From an uncultured Clostridia bacterium (GTDB lineage: Bacteria; Bacillota; Clostridia; TANB77; CAG-508), in the NCBI GenBank assembly GCA_947625895.1, contig CANQPZ010000001.1:15930-79929 (forward strand): 64,000 bases of DNA. Reading direction: 5' to 3'. Shown here one piece after another: positions 10,301 to 19,567 of the stretch. The translations under genes and the position numbers were made by a program. Each line of letters starts with the position of its first letter. Position 1 is the first letter of the stretch. Below the pieces are notes generated by a model. It made no database searches and had not been told where the DNA came from. It was given only the letters and a program-made list of their open reading frames with translations.

Positions 10301-12493
10301 ATGTCTGAGAGAAGTGATCAATTAATGGAAAGAATTGAACAAATTAATAGAGAATTGGCTGAATTAGAAAGTAGACCAAATATAGAGTTAGAGGACGCAG
10401 AGTCAATAAGAAGAACTAGATTACAAGTTGAAAGAACTAATTTACAAGAACAACTTGTTGCTGAAATTCAACAAGAACAAGCAGATGACTCAACACCTGA
10501 TTTATCTATAGAGACTATTGGTAAAGACGAAATAAGAGCTAGAATATCTGCATACGAAAATGGAAATACTGTTGAAAATGAAGCAGAAATAATTAGATTA
10601 CGTAATGAAATCATTGAAATCCAAGAAAGATATGGAGCTAGAGATGAAAATGGACAATTACGTACAGATGGAAATGGTAATGTTATCTTACAGGAACAAC
10701 AAATTAACGAAGTAATGATAAGAAGATCTCAACTTAGAGATGTAGCTGCTAATAGGGGAAATGTAGAAGTTTCTGAAAGAGAACAAGATGTTTTACCAGT
10801 ATTAAGAGAATTAGAACAATTAGAAAATACTCCTGGTGTTGACGGAGAAAATGTTTATGCATCAGAAGTTTATAGTAAATTACAAGATTATAGAAGTCAA
10901 TTAGAATCATTGAGATCAGTAAATCAAGCTAGAGAAAGAATGGAACAAATAAGAACTAGAATGTTTATAATAAGAGCTGAAGCAAATATTCTAGATGATA
11001 AAAATGATCCTAATTCTGAAAGAAGAAATCAATTAGATTCTGAAAGAGAAGCACTTCAAAAAGAATTTGAAGCTTTAAATCAAGGACCTAATAGAGAAGA
11101 TAATTTAAGCCCTGATATTGAAAGAATGATACAAGTAAGAAACGAAATGATTCTTAATAGAAGAGAATGGGATAAATTAAATGAAGAAAATGATCCTAAT
11201 TCTGAAAGAAGAAATCAATTAGATTCTGAAAGAGATAGACTTCAACAAGAATTTGAAAGATTATCAAAAAATGATACAAGAAGCGCTGATAATGCTAGAG
11301 AAGAACAAAGATTAGTTAATATTATTGCAGAATTAGAAAATCTTTATACAAAAAGAGTAAATCAAAAAAGTACACAGGCTAAAGACGAAAAATCAGATGC
11401 TGGAAAGCCAAATGATGAAAAGTCAGATGCTGGAAAATCAGATGAGGAAAAAACTGATGAGAAAGAACCAGATGTTGGAAAACCTGATGCTGGAAAACCT
11501 GAAGAGGAAAAAACTGAAGAAGAAAAGTCTGAAGAAAAAAAACCGGATGAGGAAAAGCCAGACGAGGGAAAACCAGATGAGGAAAAACCGGATGAAGAGA
11601 AGCCAGATGATGAAAAACCAGATGCTGGAAAACCTGATGAGGAAAAACCAGACGAGGAAAAACCAGACGAGGAAAAACCAGACGAGGAAAAACCAGATGA
11701 AGAAAAACCAGAAGAAGAACCTGAACAAGAATATGTGAAATTAGGATTTTTCAAAAGATTAGCTTTAAATGTAATTTTATTTATGAAAAAATTATGCAAA
11801 GAAGATGGAAAGATGGCAGAAACTTTATCAAGATGGGAAAATCAAATAAAGAATTCAGCTACTCCATTACCTGCTGGTAAAGATAAAGATAAATCTGAGT
11901 CAAAACATAAAAAAGCTAGAAAAATTAGAAAAGATAGAAAAGCTAAAGAGACTGAACAAGAAGAAAAATCTACTGAGCAAGCAAAAGAAGATACAGATTC
12001 TAAAAGAGATGTAACACCAAGAGATTTTGAAGAACCTCAAAGTGAAGCTGAAGAACAATTTGCATCAATGCCTATATGGAAGATAATGGACGATGAATGG
12101 TTATATAAAAAGGTAGAATCTAGACAAGATCCATTATTAAATAAAAGAATGAAATCAATTAGAGAAAAACTTAAGGAAGAAGAACTTGATGAAGAAAGAA
12201 CAAAACAAATTATGCAAGATAAGGTAATTCCTAAAACTGTTGAAAATGATCCAGAATATAGTATTGCTGTAGATATACTTAGAAGAAATGTAGTTGCAAA
12301 TGCATACAAAAAGGGTGTTGAATTAGTAGATAAAGATGGTAAGAGAAAATCATTAGAAAATATTTATACTGAATTACAATTAGTTTTCGCTAAACAAAAA
12401 ACATCAGAAGTATCAAGAAAAGCTGCACAACAACAGCAACAAGGTGCAAAAAAAGGAAATGACCAGAAAGATGCAGATCATGGAGAAAGATAA
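10301..12493 (+). CDS. Hypothetical 730-aa low-complexity coiled-coil protein, paralog of the 13902-17795 ORF. No signal peptide, an acidic EEKPD tandem-repeat region and a basic C-terminal region
   Basis: Strong RBS AGGAGG. Residues about 78-350 are collinear with residues about 316-590 of the downstream giant ORF ([62 protein letters not shown]; duplicated [21 protein letters not shown] modules). The 30-nt EEKPD repeats are perfect. The stop lies 3 nt before the trmFO start. Confidence 0.6.
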   Translation: MSERSDQLMERIEQINRELAELESRPNIELEDAESIRRTRLQVERTNLQEQLVAEIQQEQADDSTPDLSIETIGKDEIRARISAYENGNTVENEAEIIRLRNEIIEIQERYGARDENGQLRTDGNGNVILQEQQINEVMIRRSQLRDVAANRGNVEVSEREQDVLPVLRELEQLENTPGVDGENVYASEVYSKLQDYRSQLESLRSVNQARERMEQIRTRMFIIRAEANILDDKNDPNSERRNQLDSEREALQKEFEALNQGPNREDNLSPDIERMIQVRNEMILNRREWDKLNEENDPNSERRNQLDSERDRLQQEFERLSKNDTRSADNAREEQRLVNIIAELENLYTKRVNQKSTQAKDEKSDAGKPNDEKSDAGKSDEEKTDEKEPDVGKPDAGKPEEEKTEEEKSEEKKPDEEKPDEGKPDEEKPDEEKPDDEKPDAGKPDEEKPDEEKPDEEKPDEEKPDEEKPEEEPEQEYVKLGFFKRLALNVILFMKKLCKEDGKMAETLSRWENQIKNSATPLPAGKDKDKSESKHKKARKIRKDRKAKETEQEEKSTEQAKEDTDSKRDVTPRDFEEPQSEAEEQFASMPIWKIMDDEWLYKKVESRQDPLLNKRMKSIREKLKEEELDEERTKQIMQDKVIPKTVENDPEYSIAVDILRRNVVANAYKKGVELVDKDGKRKSLENIYTELQLVFAKQKTSEVSRKAAQQQQQGAKKGNDQKDADHGER
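11380..11725 (+). repeat. In-frame tandem repeats (15- and 30-nt units encoding EEKPD / AGKPD)n inside the 10301-12493 CDS
   Basis: Three consecutive perfect copies of gaggaaaaaccagacgaggaaaaaccagac plus degenerate flanking copies. The antisense ORFs over this tract in the track are artefacts of it. Confidence 0.7.
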
Positions 12494-12496
12494 TTA

Positions 12497-13804
12497 ATGA
12501 ACAAAGAATATATTAATGTAATTGGAGGTGGCCTTGCAGGATGCGAGGCTGCCTATCAAATTGCCCAAAAAGGAATAAAAGTTAGATTATATGAAATGAA
12601 ACCAGTTAAGTATTCACCAGCACATAGCAATAAAAATCTAGCTGAAATAGTATGTAGTAATTCATTTAAATCTAATTTAATAACAAATGCTTGTGGACTT
12701 CTTAAAGAAGAACTTAGAAAGCTTAATTCCTTATTAATAAAAATTGCTGATCAAGTAGCTGTTCCAGCTGGTCAAGCACTTGCTGTTGATAGAGAAAGTT
12801 TTTCTGAAATAGTTACAAAAGAAATTAAAAATAATCCAAATATAGAAGTAATCAATGGTGAAGTAACAGAGATACCGGAAGATGAAGTAACTATTATTGC
12901 TACAGGACCATTAACGTCTGAAACCTTATTTAATAAGATTTCTAATCTAATTGGTAATGAAGAACTGCACTTTTATGATGCTGCAGCACCTATAATTGAA
13001 AAAAACTCTATTAATATGGATATAGCTTTTATTGGAGATAGGTATGGTAAAGGTAATGATGATTATATCAATTTACCAATGGAAAAAGATGAATATGAAA
13101 TTTTTTGGAACGAATTAGTAAAAGCTGAAATTGTTGAGTTACATGAATTTGAAAAGAGAGAAATTTTTGAAGGATGTATGCCAATCGAAGTAATGGCTAA
13201 AAGAGGAATTGATACTTTAAGATTTGGACCACTTAAACCGGTTGGATTTATTAATCCTCATACAGACAAAAGACCATATGCAATAGTTCAACTAAGACAA
13301 GATGATGCAAATGGAAACTTTTATAATATTGTTGGATTCCAGACTAATTTAAAATTTGGAGAACAAAAAAGAGTATTTTCACTTATTCCAGGACTAGAAA
13401 AAGCTGAGTTTGTGAAGTATGGTGTTATGCACAGAAACACATTTATTAATTCACCTAAAATTTTAAAATCCAATTTTCAAATGAAAGAAAGAGAAAATAT
13501 ATTTTTTGCTGGACAAATAACTGGAGTAGAAGGATATGTAGAATCTATTGCTTCAGGATTAATTGCTGGAATTAATGCAGTAAATTATATTGAAAATAAA
13601 AATTATATGAATTTGCCTGAAGAAACGATGATTGGAGCTTTGAGCAAATATATTTCAACAAAAAATGAAAAATTTCAACCAATGAATGCTAATTTTGGAA
13701 TTTTACCTGTCCTTGATAATAAAGTGAAAGATAAAAAGGAAAGATATGAAAAATTAGCATTAAGATCAATTAAAGAGTTAGAAAGAATAATACAAATTAA
13801 ATAA
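12497..13804 (+). CDS. trmFO: Methylenetetrahydrofolate--tRNA-(uracil54-C5)-methyltransferase TrmFO (Gid)
   Basis: FAD-binding N-terminus [18 protein letters not shown] and TrmFO-specific motifs (FYDAAAPII..., [31 protein letters not shown]). Confidence 0.85.
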   Translation: MNKEYINVIGGGLAGCEAAYQIAQKGIKVRLYEMKPVKYSPAHSNKNLAEIVCSNSFKSNLITNACGLLKEELRKLNSLLIKIADQVAVPAGQALAVDRESFSEIVTKEIKNNPNIEVINGEVTEIPEDEVTIIATGPLTSETLFNKISNLIGNEELHFYDAAAPIIEKNSINMDIAFIGDRYGKGNDDYINLPMEKDEYEIFWNELVKAEIVELHEFEKREIFEGCMPIEVMAKRGIDTLRFGPLKPVGFINPHTDKRPYAIVQLRQDDANGNFYNIVGFQTNLKFGEQKRVFSLIPGLEKAEFVKYGVMHRNTFINSPKILKSNFQMKERENIFFAGQITGVEGYVESIASGLIAGINAVNYIENKNYMNLPEETMIGALSKYISTKNEKFQPMNANFGILPVLDNKVKDKKERYEKLALRSIKELERIIQIK

Positions 13805-13901
13805 ATTTGTATTATTTTTTTATTACATATATTGTCTTAAAATTATGAATTATGTAAGATATATGTTAGATGAATAGTATTTTGGAGAAGGAACAAAAGA
13901 T

Positions 13902-16900
13902 ATGAATGAATTAGAATTTTTACAAAGACAATTTGGTGCACTAGATGGACAAGATGGAAGATTAGGATTAATTGGAGAAAAGCAAGAGGAAATAGCAAGA
14001 CTAGTAAATGGTAGGGATGCCAGAACATTAAAAGGAGAAGAAAGAGAACAGTATAGAAAATTGCAAGATGAATTGAAAAAACTTCAAAGTAAACGTGAAG
14101 AACTTGCATCTTTAATCGCCGAACATGGTAATTTATCTAGTGAACAAGCAGTAACCGAATTAAAAGGAAGACTAGATACTATTACTGCTGTTCACCAAGA
14201 AAGAGAAAAGAAAAATAAAAGATTAAAAAGTGAGGTTAAAGTTAAAACTAGTGAAGGTGGGGTAAAATATACTAAGAAATCTGAAAGAACAGCTAATGTG
14301 GATTTGACTCTTGCAGTTGCGGGAAATTTATATAGAAGAAACGGAAGACAACCTGGAGTAACTGTAACAGCTAATAACCCAGTTAGTAGAGTGTCAGGAG
14401 ATGCTCTACAAGCAACTAAAATGATAATTGCTTTAGATGCTGTTTTAAATGATAGTACTGCGACACCAGAGCAGAAATCATTAGCCCAACAATTAATTAC
14501 AAAATTTTCAAGAGTAAGTGATAGATATTATAGTGTTGATGGAACTGATAGAACTCCTAGATCAGATCCGGATAGACCAGACCCACAACCGGACCCAGTA
14601 CCAGACCCAACACCAGATCCAGTGCCAGATCCACAACCAGATCCAGTACCAGACCCAACACCAGATCCAGTGCCAGATCCACAACCAGATCCAGTGCCAG
14701 ACCCACAACCAGATCCAGTACCAGACCCACAACCAGATCCAGTACCAGACCCACAACCAGATCCAGTGCCAGATCCACAACCAAATCCAACACCGGATCC
14801 AAATAGACAAAGAATTGAAGTTATTGATAAAAATGAGATAAGAGCAAGAATATATGCATATGAAAATGGAAATACTGTAGAAAACGAAGCAGAAATAATT
14901 AGATTACGTGATGAAATACTTGAAATTCAAGAAACATATGGCGTTAGAGATGAAAATGGAGACTTGCGTACAGATGAAAATGGTAATGTTATATTACAGG
15001 AACAACAAATAAATGAAGTTATGGCAAGAAGAATGCAAATTCAAAATGCAGTTGCTAATAGAGGAAATGTACCATCTACACAAAGAGAACAAGATGTTCT
15101 ACCAGTATTAAGAGAACTAGAACAGTTACCTAATGTTCCTGGAGTAGAAGAAGAAACCATATATGCTTCTGAAGTTTATGACAGATTGCAAGACTATAGA
15201 AATCAATTGGAAAATTTAAGAGCAGTAAATCAAGCTAGAGCTAGAATGGATCAAATAAGATCTAGAATGTTTCAAATTAGAGCAGAAGCAAATCTTTTAA
15301 ATGATCAAAATGATCCTAATTCTGAAAGAAGAAGTCAACTAGATTCTGAAAGAGAAACTCTACAGCAAGAATTTGAATCTTTAAATCAAGGACCAAACAG
15401 AGAAGATGATTTAACTCCTGAGCAAGAGAGATTGATAGAAATAAGAAATCAGATGATTTTGAACACAAGAGAAAGAGATTTACTTAATGATGAGAATGAT
15501 CCTGATTCAGTAAGAAGAAATGAATTAGATAATGATAATAGTAGATTACAACAAGAATTTGATCAATTACGTCAGTATGATACAAGAGATGCGGATGCTG
15601 CTAGAGAAGAAGAAAGACTAACAAATATTATTGGAGAATTAGAAGATCTTTACGAACGTAGAAGAACTGTTGAAAGAGATGTTACTAGGGATCAAGATGG
15701 ACCAGATGGAAGAGATGATCCAGATGGACCTGACGGACCAGGTGGTCGTGGAGATGACCCAGACGGACCTGGTGGACCAGGTGGCCGTGAAGATGACCCA
15801 GATGGACCAGATGGACCAGGTGGGGATGATCCACATGATCCAGACGATCCAAATAAACCTCAAGATATAGATAAGAAAAGACAACAAAAACTTGATATGA
15901 TGGTAAAAACATCTTCTGAACATATAGGAACTTTTGATACATATATGCATAAATTTGGACAAGTTCCAATATTTACAAAATGGAATGTTTTGAGTTCTGC
16001 AGCTGTTGCAGCACTTGGGTTAGGAGCAGTTGGACTAGGAGCTGCTGGACTAACTATAGGTAGTGTTCCAATTATTCTAGGAGTTTCTACAGCACCGATA
16101 TTAGTTACTGGGGCTACTAAAATAGCAGGAAAATTAAACGACCTTATTAAAGGAACTAATGCTAAAAAGAAAATAATGCAAGATCAAATAAATGATTTAT
16201 CAGATGCTGAATTCGATGCACTTGTAGATGGCATGGATGAAAAAGAAATGGTTTCTGAAAAATATGAAGATATTTGGTTAGAATGTGTTTATTCTAGATT
16301 GCAAAAGAGAAATAAAGCACAAATTAAAGAAATAAGAGCAGGAAGAAATCCAGATAAAATTGCATTTAATGATGCTAAGAGCAGATTTGAAGAATTATCA
16401 GCAATAGAAAGTAGAACACCAGAAGAAGAACAAGAATATCAAGACTGTGCTCAAAAAATGAATGAGTTATACCCAATAATAAGTGTTGATGGAGCTGATG
16501 CTAAAAAGGCCCAACAATTACAGACACAATTAACTGATTTCAGACGTGGAATGAGAAATAAATCATTTAGTATGAATAACATCAGAGGAAGAATTATGGG
16601 TGTGTATAACCCAGACAAGAGAGAATATTATAAAGAAGCACAAAAATTACATCAAGATATTCTTGATGCTAAAACACCAGAAGAAGAAGCTTCTGCAAGA
16701 ATAAAATTTATGGAATTTGAAAGAAATGCTGTAAATGAAAAGCGAGTTGGTAGACACATCTTTTCAAGAGGAAAGAAAACAGTTAGTGAAGTTCAAATTC
16801 TTGAAGGACAAACACTTGGTGAATATGATGCTAATGATCAAAAACCACAATTTATGCAAAGAGCTATTAGTTTATTGATGAGATGTGGTGGTGTATTAAC

Positions 16901-17795
16901 ATTAGCAAATCAAATGAATGTAGCTGCTTCAGTTGATCAACAAAATGCAGCAAATGCAGCAACTATAAATCAACATAATCAAGATATTGCCCAACATAAC
17001 GCAGATGTTGCAACACATAATGCAGAAGTTGTACAACATAATGCTACATTAGCTCAACAACAACAAATGATTGATACTGTTAAAAATGCTTGCCAAAATG
17101 CTCCAACAGAGCAATCATTGGATGATGCTATCAATCTATTGATAGGTGATTCATTTACACAAGGACATAACGGACAATTCTTCTTAGAACAATTAGGAAG
17201 ATTTAATGAATCAGGAGCTGACGCCGCATTACATCAAAATTTAGCAAGCTTTGCAGCACAATATGCTCAATGTACAGACTATGCATCAAAACTTAACTTA
17301 TGGCAACAATTAAATCAGTATACACAACAACAAATGCAAGGATTCAATTTGGAACAAGCTGTTCAAGCTTATGCTTCATCACATCCTCAATATAATGTAG
17401 ATGGACTAGTGCAAGCAAATGATGCTATTTTACAAAGTGGAAATACAGCTGGAGTGCAAGTAGCTAATACTGTTAGACAAGCAGCAAAAGATTTAAGTTC
17501 TATACAACTTGATCCTATTACTACAACAGTTGGAACAGTAGGAAAAATTGGAAATGTACTTGTTTCAATTCCTTCAAATATGGCAGCTGTAATTGCAACT
17601 AATGCAGCAGGTATATTATCACATGTTAGAGATGCATTAGGAATACAACCAAAGAATAAAGAAAAAGAACAAGAGCAACAAGAAACACAAGAGCAAGAAG
17701 AACAGGAAGAAAAAGTAGTAGATGTATATACTAACGATCCTACTCAACCAAAACAAGAGAAAAAGAACCGTGACTCAATGGATGAAGGTAGATAA
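13902..17795 (+). CDS. Hypothetical 1297-aa low-complexity protein, paralog of the 10301-12493 ORF. Contains a PDPxPDPx proline repeat, the shared coiled-coil module, a DGPDGPGG repeat, a glycine-zipper-like hydrophobic segment and a Q/N/A-rich C-terminal region
   Basis: RBS GGAGAAGG. Shared module at about aa 316-590. Hydrophobic GLGAVGLGAAGLTIGSVPIILGVSTAPILVTGATKIAG at about aa 700-740. C-terminal HNQDIAQHNADVATHNAEVVQHNATLAQQQQ repeats. I recognise no known domain. Confidence 0.6.
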   Translation: MNELEFLQRQFGALDGQDGRLGLIGEKQEEIARLVNGRDARTLKGEEREQYRKLQDELKKLQSKREELASLIAEHGNLSSEQAVTELKGRLDTITAVHQEREKKNKRLKSEVKVKTSEGGVKYTKKSERTANVDLTLAVAGNLYRRNGRQPGVTVTANNPVSRVSGDALQATKMIIALDAVLNDSTATPEQKSLAQQLITKFSRVSDRYYSVDGTDRTPRSDPDRPDPQPDPVPDPTPDPVPDPQPDPVPDPTPDPVPDPQPDPVPDPQPDPVPDPQPDPVPDPQPDPVPDPQPNPTPDPNRQRIEVIDKNEIRARIYAYENGNTVENEAEIIRLRDEILEIQETYGVRDENGDLRTDENGNVILQEQQINEVMARRMQIQNAVANRGNVPSTQREQDVLPVLRELEQLPNVPGVEEETIYASEVYDRLQDYRNQLENLRAVNQARARMDQIRSRMFQIRAEANLLNDQNDPNSERRSQLDSERETLQQEFESLNQGPNREDDLTPEQERLIEIRNQMILNTRERDLLNDENDPDSVRRNELDNDNSRLQQEFDQLRQYDTRDADAAREEERLTNIIGELEDLYERRRTVERDVTRDQDGPDGRDDPDGPDGPGGRGDDPDGPGGPGGREDDPDGPDGPGGDDPHDPDDPNKPQDIDKKRQQKLDMMVKTSSEHIGTFDTYMHKFGQVPIFTKWNVLSSAAVAALGLGAVGLGAAGLTIGSVPIILGVSTAPILVTGATKIAGKLNDLIKGTNAKKKIMQDQINDLSDAEFDALVDGMDEKEMVSEKYEDIWLECVYSRLQKRNKAQIKEIRAGRNPDKIAFNDAKSRFEELSAIESRTPEEEQEYQDCAQKMNELYPIISVDGADAKKAQQLQTQLTDFRRGMRNKSFSMNNIRGRIMGVYNPDKREYYKEAQKLHQDILDAKTPEEEASARIKFMEFERNAVNEKRVGRHIFSRGKKTVSEVQILEGQTLGEYDANDQKPQFMQRAISLLMRCGGVLTLANQMNVAASVDQQNAANAATINQHNQDIAQHNADVATHNAEVVQHNATLAQQQQMIDTVKNACQNAPTEQSLDDAINLLIGDSFTQGHNGQFFLEQLGRFNESGADAALHQNLASFAAQYAQCTDYASKLNLWQQLNQYTQQQMQGFNLEQAVQAYASSHPQYNVDGLVQANDAILQSGNTAGVQVANTVRQAAKDLSSIQLDPITTTVGTVGKIGNVLVSIPSNMAAVIATNAAGILSHVRDALGIQPKNKEKEQEQQETQEQEEQEEKVVDVYTNDPTQPKQEKKNRDSMDEGR
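14566..14805 (+). repeat. In-frame perfect tandem DNA repeats (24/48-nt units) encoding (PDPQPDPVPDPTPDPV)n
   Basis: ccagatccagtgccagatccacaaccagatccagtaccagaccca... repeated almost without mismatch. The antisense W-rich and L/V-rich ORFs in the track are artefacts of this tract. Confidence 0.75.
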
Positions 17796-17818
17796 TTATA
17801 AATAGTAGAGGTGGAAAA

Positions 17819-18112
17819 ATGAAAAAGAATTTTCAAAAGATAAAATTTGGAGAAAAAGAATTTTATATTATAGCATTTTTAGAATATGAAGGAACAAAAT
17901 ATTACTATATAATCGAAGATTCATTTAATCCAGAAAATTCAGATTTTGATAATCTAAAAGAAGACGTAAACACAGAAGTTAATTTTATATATAAACGCGA
18001 AGATGGTTTATATGAAAATGTTACAGACGATAAATTGTTTGAAAAATTATCAAAATTAGTAACACTTGATTATATTGCCGGAAATAATCCATTAGTTAGT
18101 TTAGAAGATTAA
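17819..18112 (+). CDS. Small acidic protein, DUF1292-like
   Basis: 97 aa, acidic, EFYIIAFLEYEGTKYYYIIED pattern similar to DUF1292 proteins. Good RBS GAGGTGG. Confidence 0.4.
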   Translation: MKKNFQKIKFGEKEFYIIAFLEYEGTKYYYIIEDSFNPENSDFDNLKEDVNTEVNFIYKREDGLYENVTDDKLFEKLSKLVTLDYIAGNNPLVSLED

Positions 18113-18143
18113 TTGAAATAGCTAAAATATGGGGAAAAATCAA

Positions 18144-18172
18144 TAAAATTTGTTGACTTTAAATAATAAAGA
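18144..18172 (+). promoter_or_regulatory. Sigma-A type promoter of the str operon (TTGACT-16-TAAAAT) upstream of rpsL
   Basis: TTGACT at 18144-18149 and TAAAAT 16 nt downstream, about 90 nt before the rpsL start codon. Confidence 0.45.
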
Positions 18173-18173
18173 T

Positions 18174-18222
18174 GATAAAATGTTATACGCTAATGTAATT
18201 TGGAAGAATATTGCATTAGCGT
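18174..18222 (+). promoter_or_regulatory. rpsL leader hairpin (12-bp perfect stem TATACGCTAATG / CATTAGCGTATA, 19-nt loop) followed by a T-rich tract. Candidate attenuator or processing element
   Basis: Perfect inverted repeat between the promoter and the rpsL RBS, followed by TTTATTTTAT. Confidence 0.4.
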
Positions 18223-18262
18223 ATATTTATTTTATAAAAAGAGCGGAGGTGAAAAATAAAAT

Positions 18263-18676
18263 ATGCCAACAATTAACCAATTAGTAAGAAAGAGCAGAAA
18301 ATCAACAAAAGCAAAATCTACAGCTCCAGCATTACAAAGAGGATGGAACTCAAAGAAAAACAGAGTTACTAATAGTAGATCACCACAAAAAAGAGGTGTT
18401 TGCACTGTAGTTAAAACTGTTACTCCAAAGAAGCCAAACTCAGCTTTAAGAAAAGTTGCAAGGGTTAGATTATCTAATGGATTTGAAGTTACTTCTTATA
18501 TTCCAGGTGAAGGACACAACCTACAAGAGCACAGTGTTGTTCTTATAAGAGGTGGTAGGGTTAAAGATATCCCAGGTGTTAGATATCACATTATTAGAGG
18601 AACTTTAGATACAGCAGGTGTTAAAGACAGAATGCAAGCAAGATCTAAATATGGAGCAAAAAAACCTAAAAAATAA
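18263..18676 (+). CDS. rpsL: 30S ribosomal protein S12
   Basis: [10 protein letters not shown]...[16 protein letters not shown]...; universally conserved S12 sequence, 137 aa. Confidence 0.95.
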   Translation: MPTINQLVRKSRKSTKAKSTAPALQRGWNSKKNRVTNSRSPQKRGVCTVVKTVTPKKPNSALRKVARVRLSNGFEVTSYIPGEGHNLQEHSVVLIRGGRVKDIPGVRYHIIRGTLDTAGVKDRMQARSKYGAKKPKK

Positions 18677-18840
18677 AATCTAGGAAATTGATTTACTAAT
18701 AGTGCATATTTTATTTATTTTAAAGTTACCTTAGAAATAGATAGATTCGCACTATTACGGGAAAGTGAAATAATCTTTCCAGAGTACCTTTTAATGTTAG
18801 AAGTTAACATTAAGTAAAAATCTAAAAGGAGGGAAGTATA
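18677..18840 (+). promoter_or_regulatory. Structured rpsL-rpsG intercistronic region with at least three hairpins. Candidate S7 autoregulatory translational operator
   Basis: 164-nt spacer containing AATAGTGC...GCACTATT, GGAAAG-N9-CTTTCC and TTAATGTTA-gaagt-TAACATTAA (9-bp perfect) stems just upstream of the rpsG RBS. Confidence 0.35.
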
Positions 18841-19311
18841 GTGCCAAGAAGAGGAATTATAACAAAAAGAGATGTTTTACCAGATCCAATATACAATAGT
18901 AAAGTTGTTACAAAATTAATTAACAACATAATGTTAGATGGTAAAAAATCTGTAGCTCAAAAAATAGTATATGATGCTTTTGATATTGTTAAAGAAAAAG
19001 AACAAAAAGATCCATTAGAAGTTTTTGAAGCTGCATTAGAAAATGTAATGCCAGTTCTTGAAGTTAAAGCTAGAAGAGTAGGTGGAGCTACATATCAAGT
19101 TCCAATCGAAATCAGACCTGAAAGAAGACAAACTTTAGGTTTAAGATGGTTAGTAACTTATGCTAGAAATAGACATGAAAAAACTATGTCTGAAAAACTA
19201 GCTGGTGAAATTATCGATGCTGTTAACGGAAACGGCGGAGCATTTAAGAAGAAAGAAGATACTCATAGAATGGCTGAAGCTAATAAGGCTTTTGCTCACT
19301 ACAAATGGTAG
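18841..19311 (+). CDS. rpsG: 30S ribosomal protein S7
   Basis: GTG start with [35 protein letters not shown]...; conserved S7, 156 aa. Confidence 0.95.
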   Translation: MPRRGIITKRDVLPDPIYNSKVVTKLINNIMLDGKKSVAQKIVYDAFDIVKEKEQKDPLEVFEAALENVMPVLEVKARRVGGATYQVPIEIRPERRQTLGLRWLVTYARNRHEKTMSEKLAGEIIDAVNGNGGAFKKKEDTHRMAEANKAFAHYKW

Positions 19312-19567
19312 AATTTTTATTAAAATCAGCAATCTGCACATTTTCAGTTACCAATTTAAACTTCGACGTACCTATGTACGCCTTCAGCTTAAATTGACAA
19401 CTAAAAATGCACATCTCACTAATTTTAATAAAAATTCAGATATATGAAGATATATTAAAAAATGAGAAAGTAAAATATATGCGGTATACGAGTATAAAAT
19501 AAATAGCAATTTAATGAGATAATATACAAATAATAATTAAGAGACCTAGGAAGGAGGAAAAAGGAAA

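Noticed and set aside
11362-11799. Antisense and alternative-frame ORFs (S/G/F-rich, W/F-rich, K/N/M-rich) overlapping the EEKPD repeat tract
   Set aside because: Generated by the tandem repeat reading open in several frames. The sense-frame protein is the only one with an RBS and a continuous conserved context.
14518-14841. Three ORFs (Q/H/N-rich +, LDLVV-rich -, W-rich -) over the PDPxP repeat
   Set aside because: Same repeat-induced open frames. No start or RBS context.
15639-15969. Antisense ORFs over the DGPDGPGG repeat region
   Set aside because: Repeat artefacts inside the 13902-17795 CDS.
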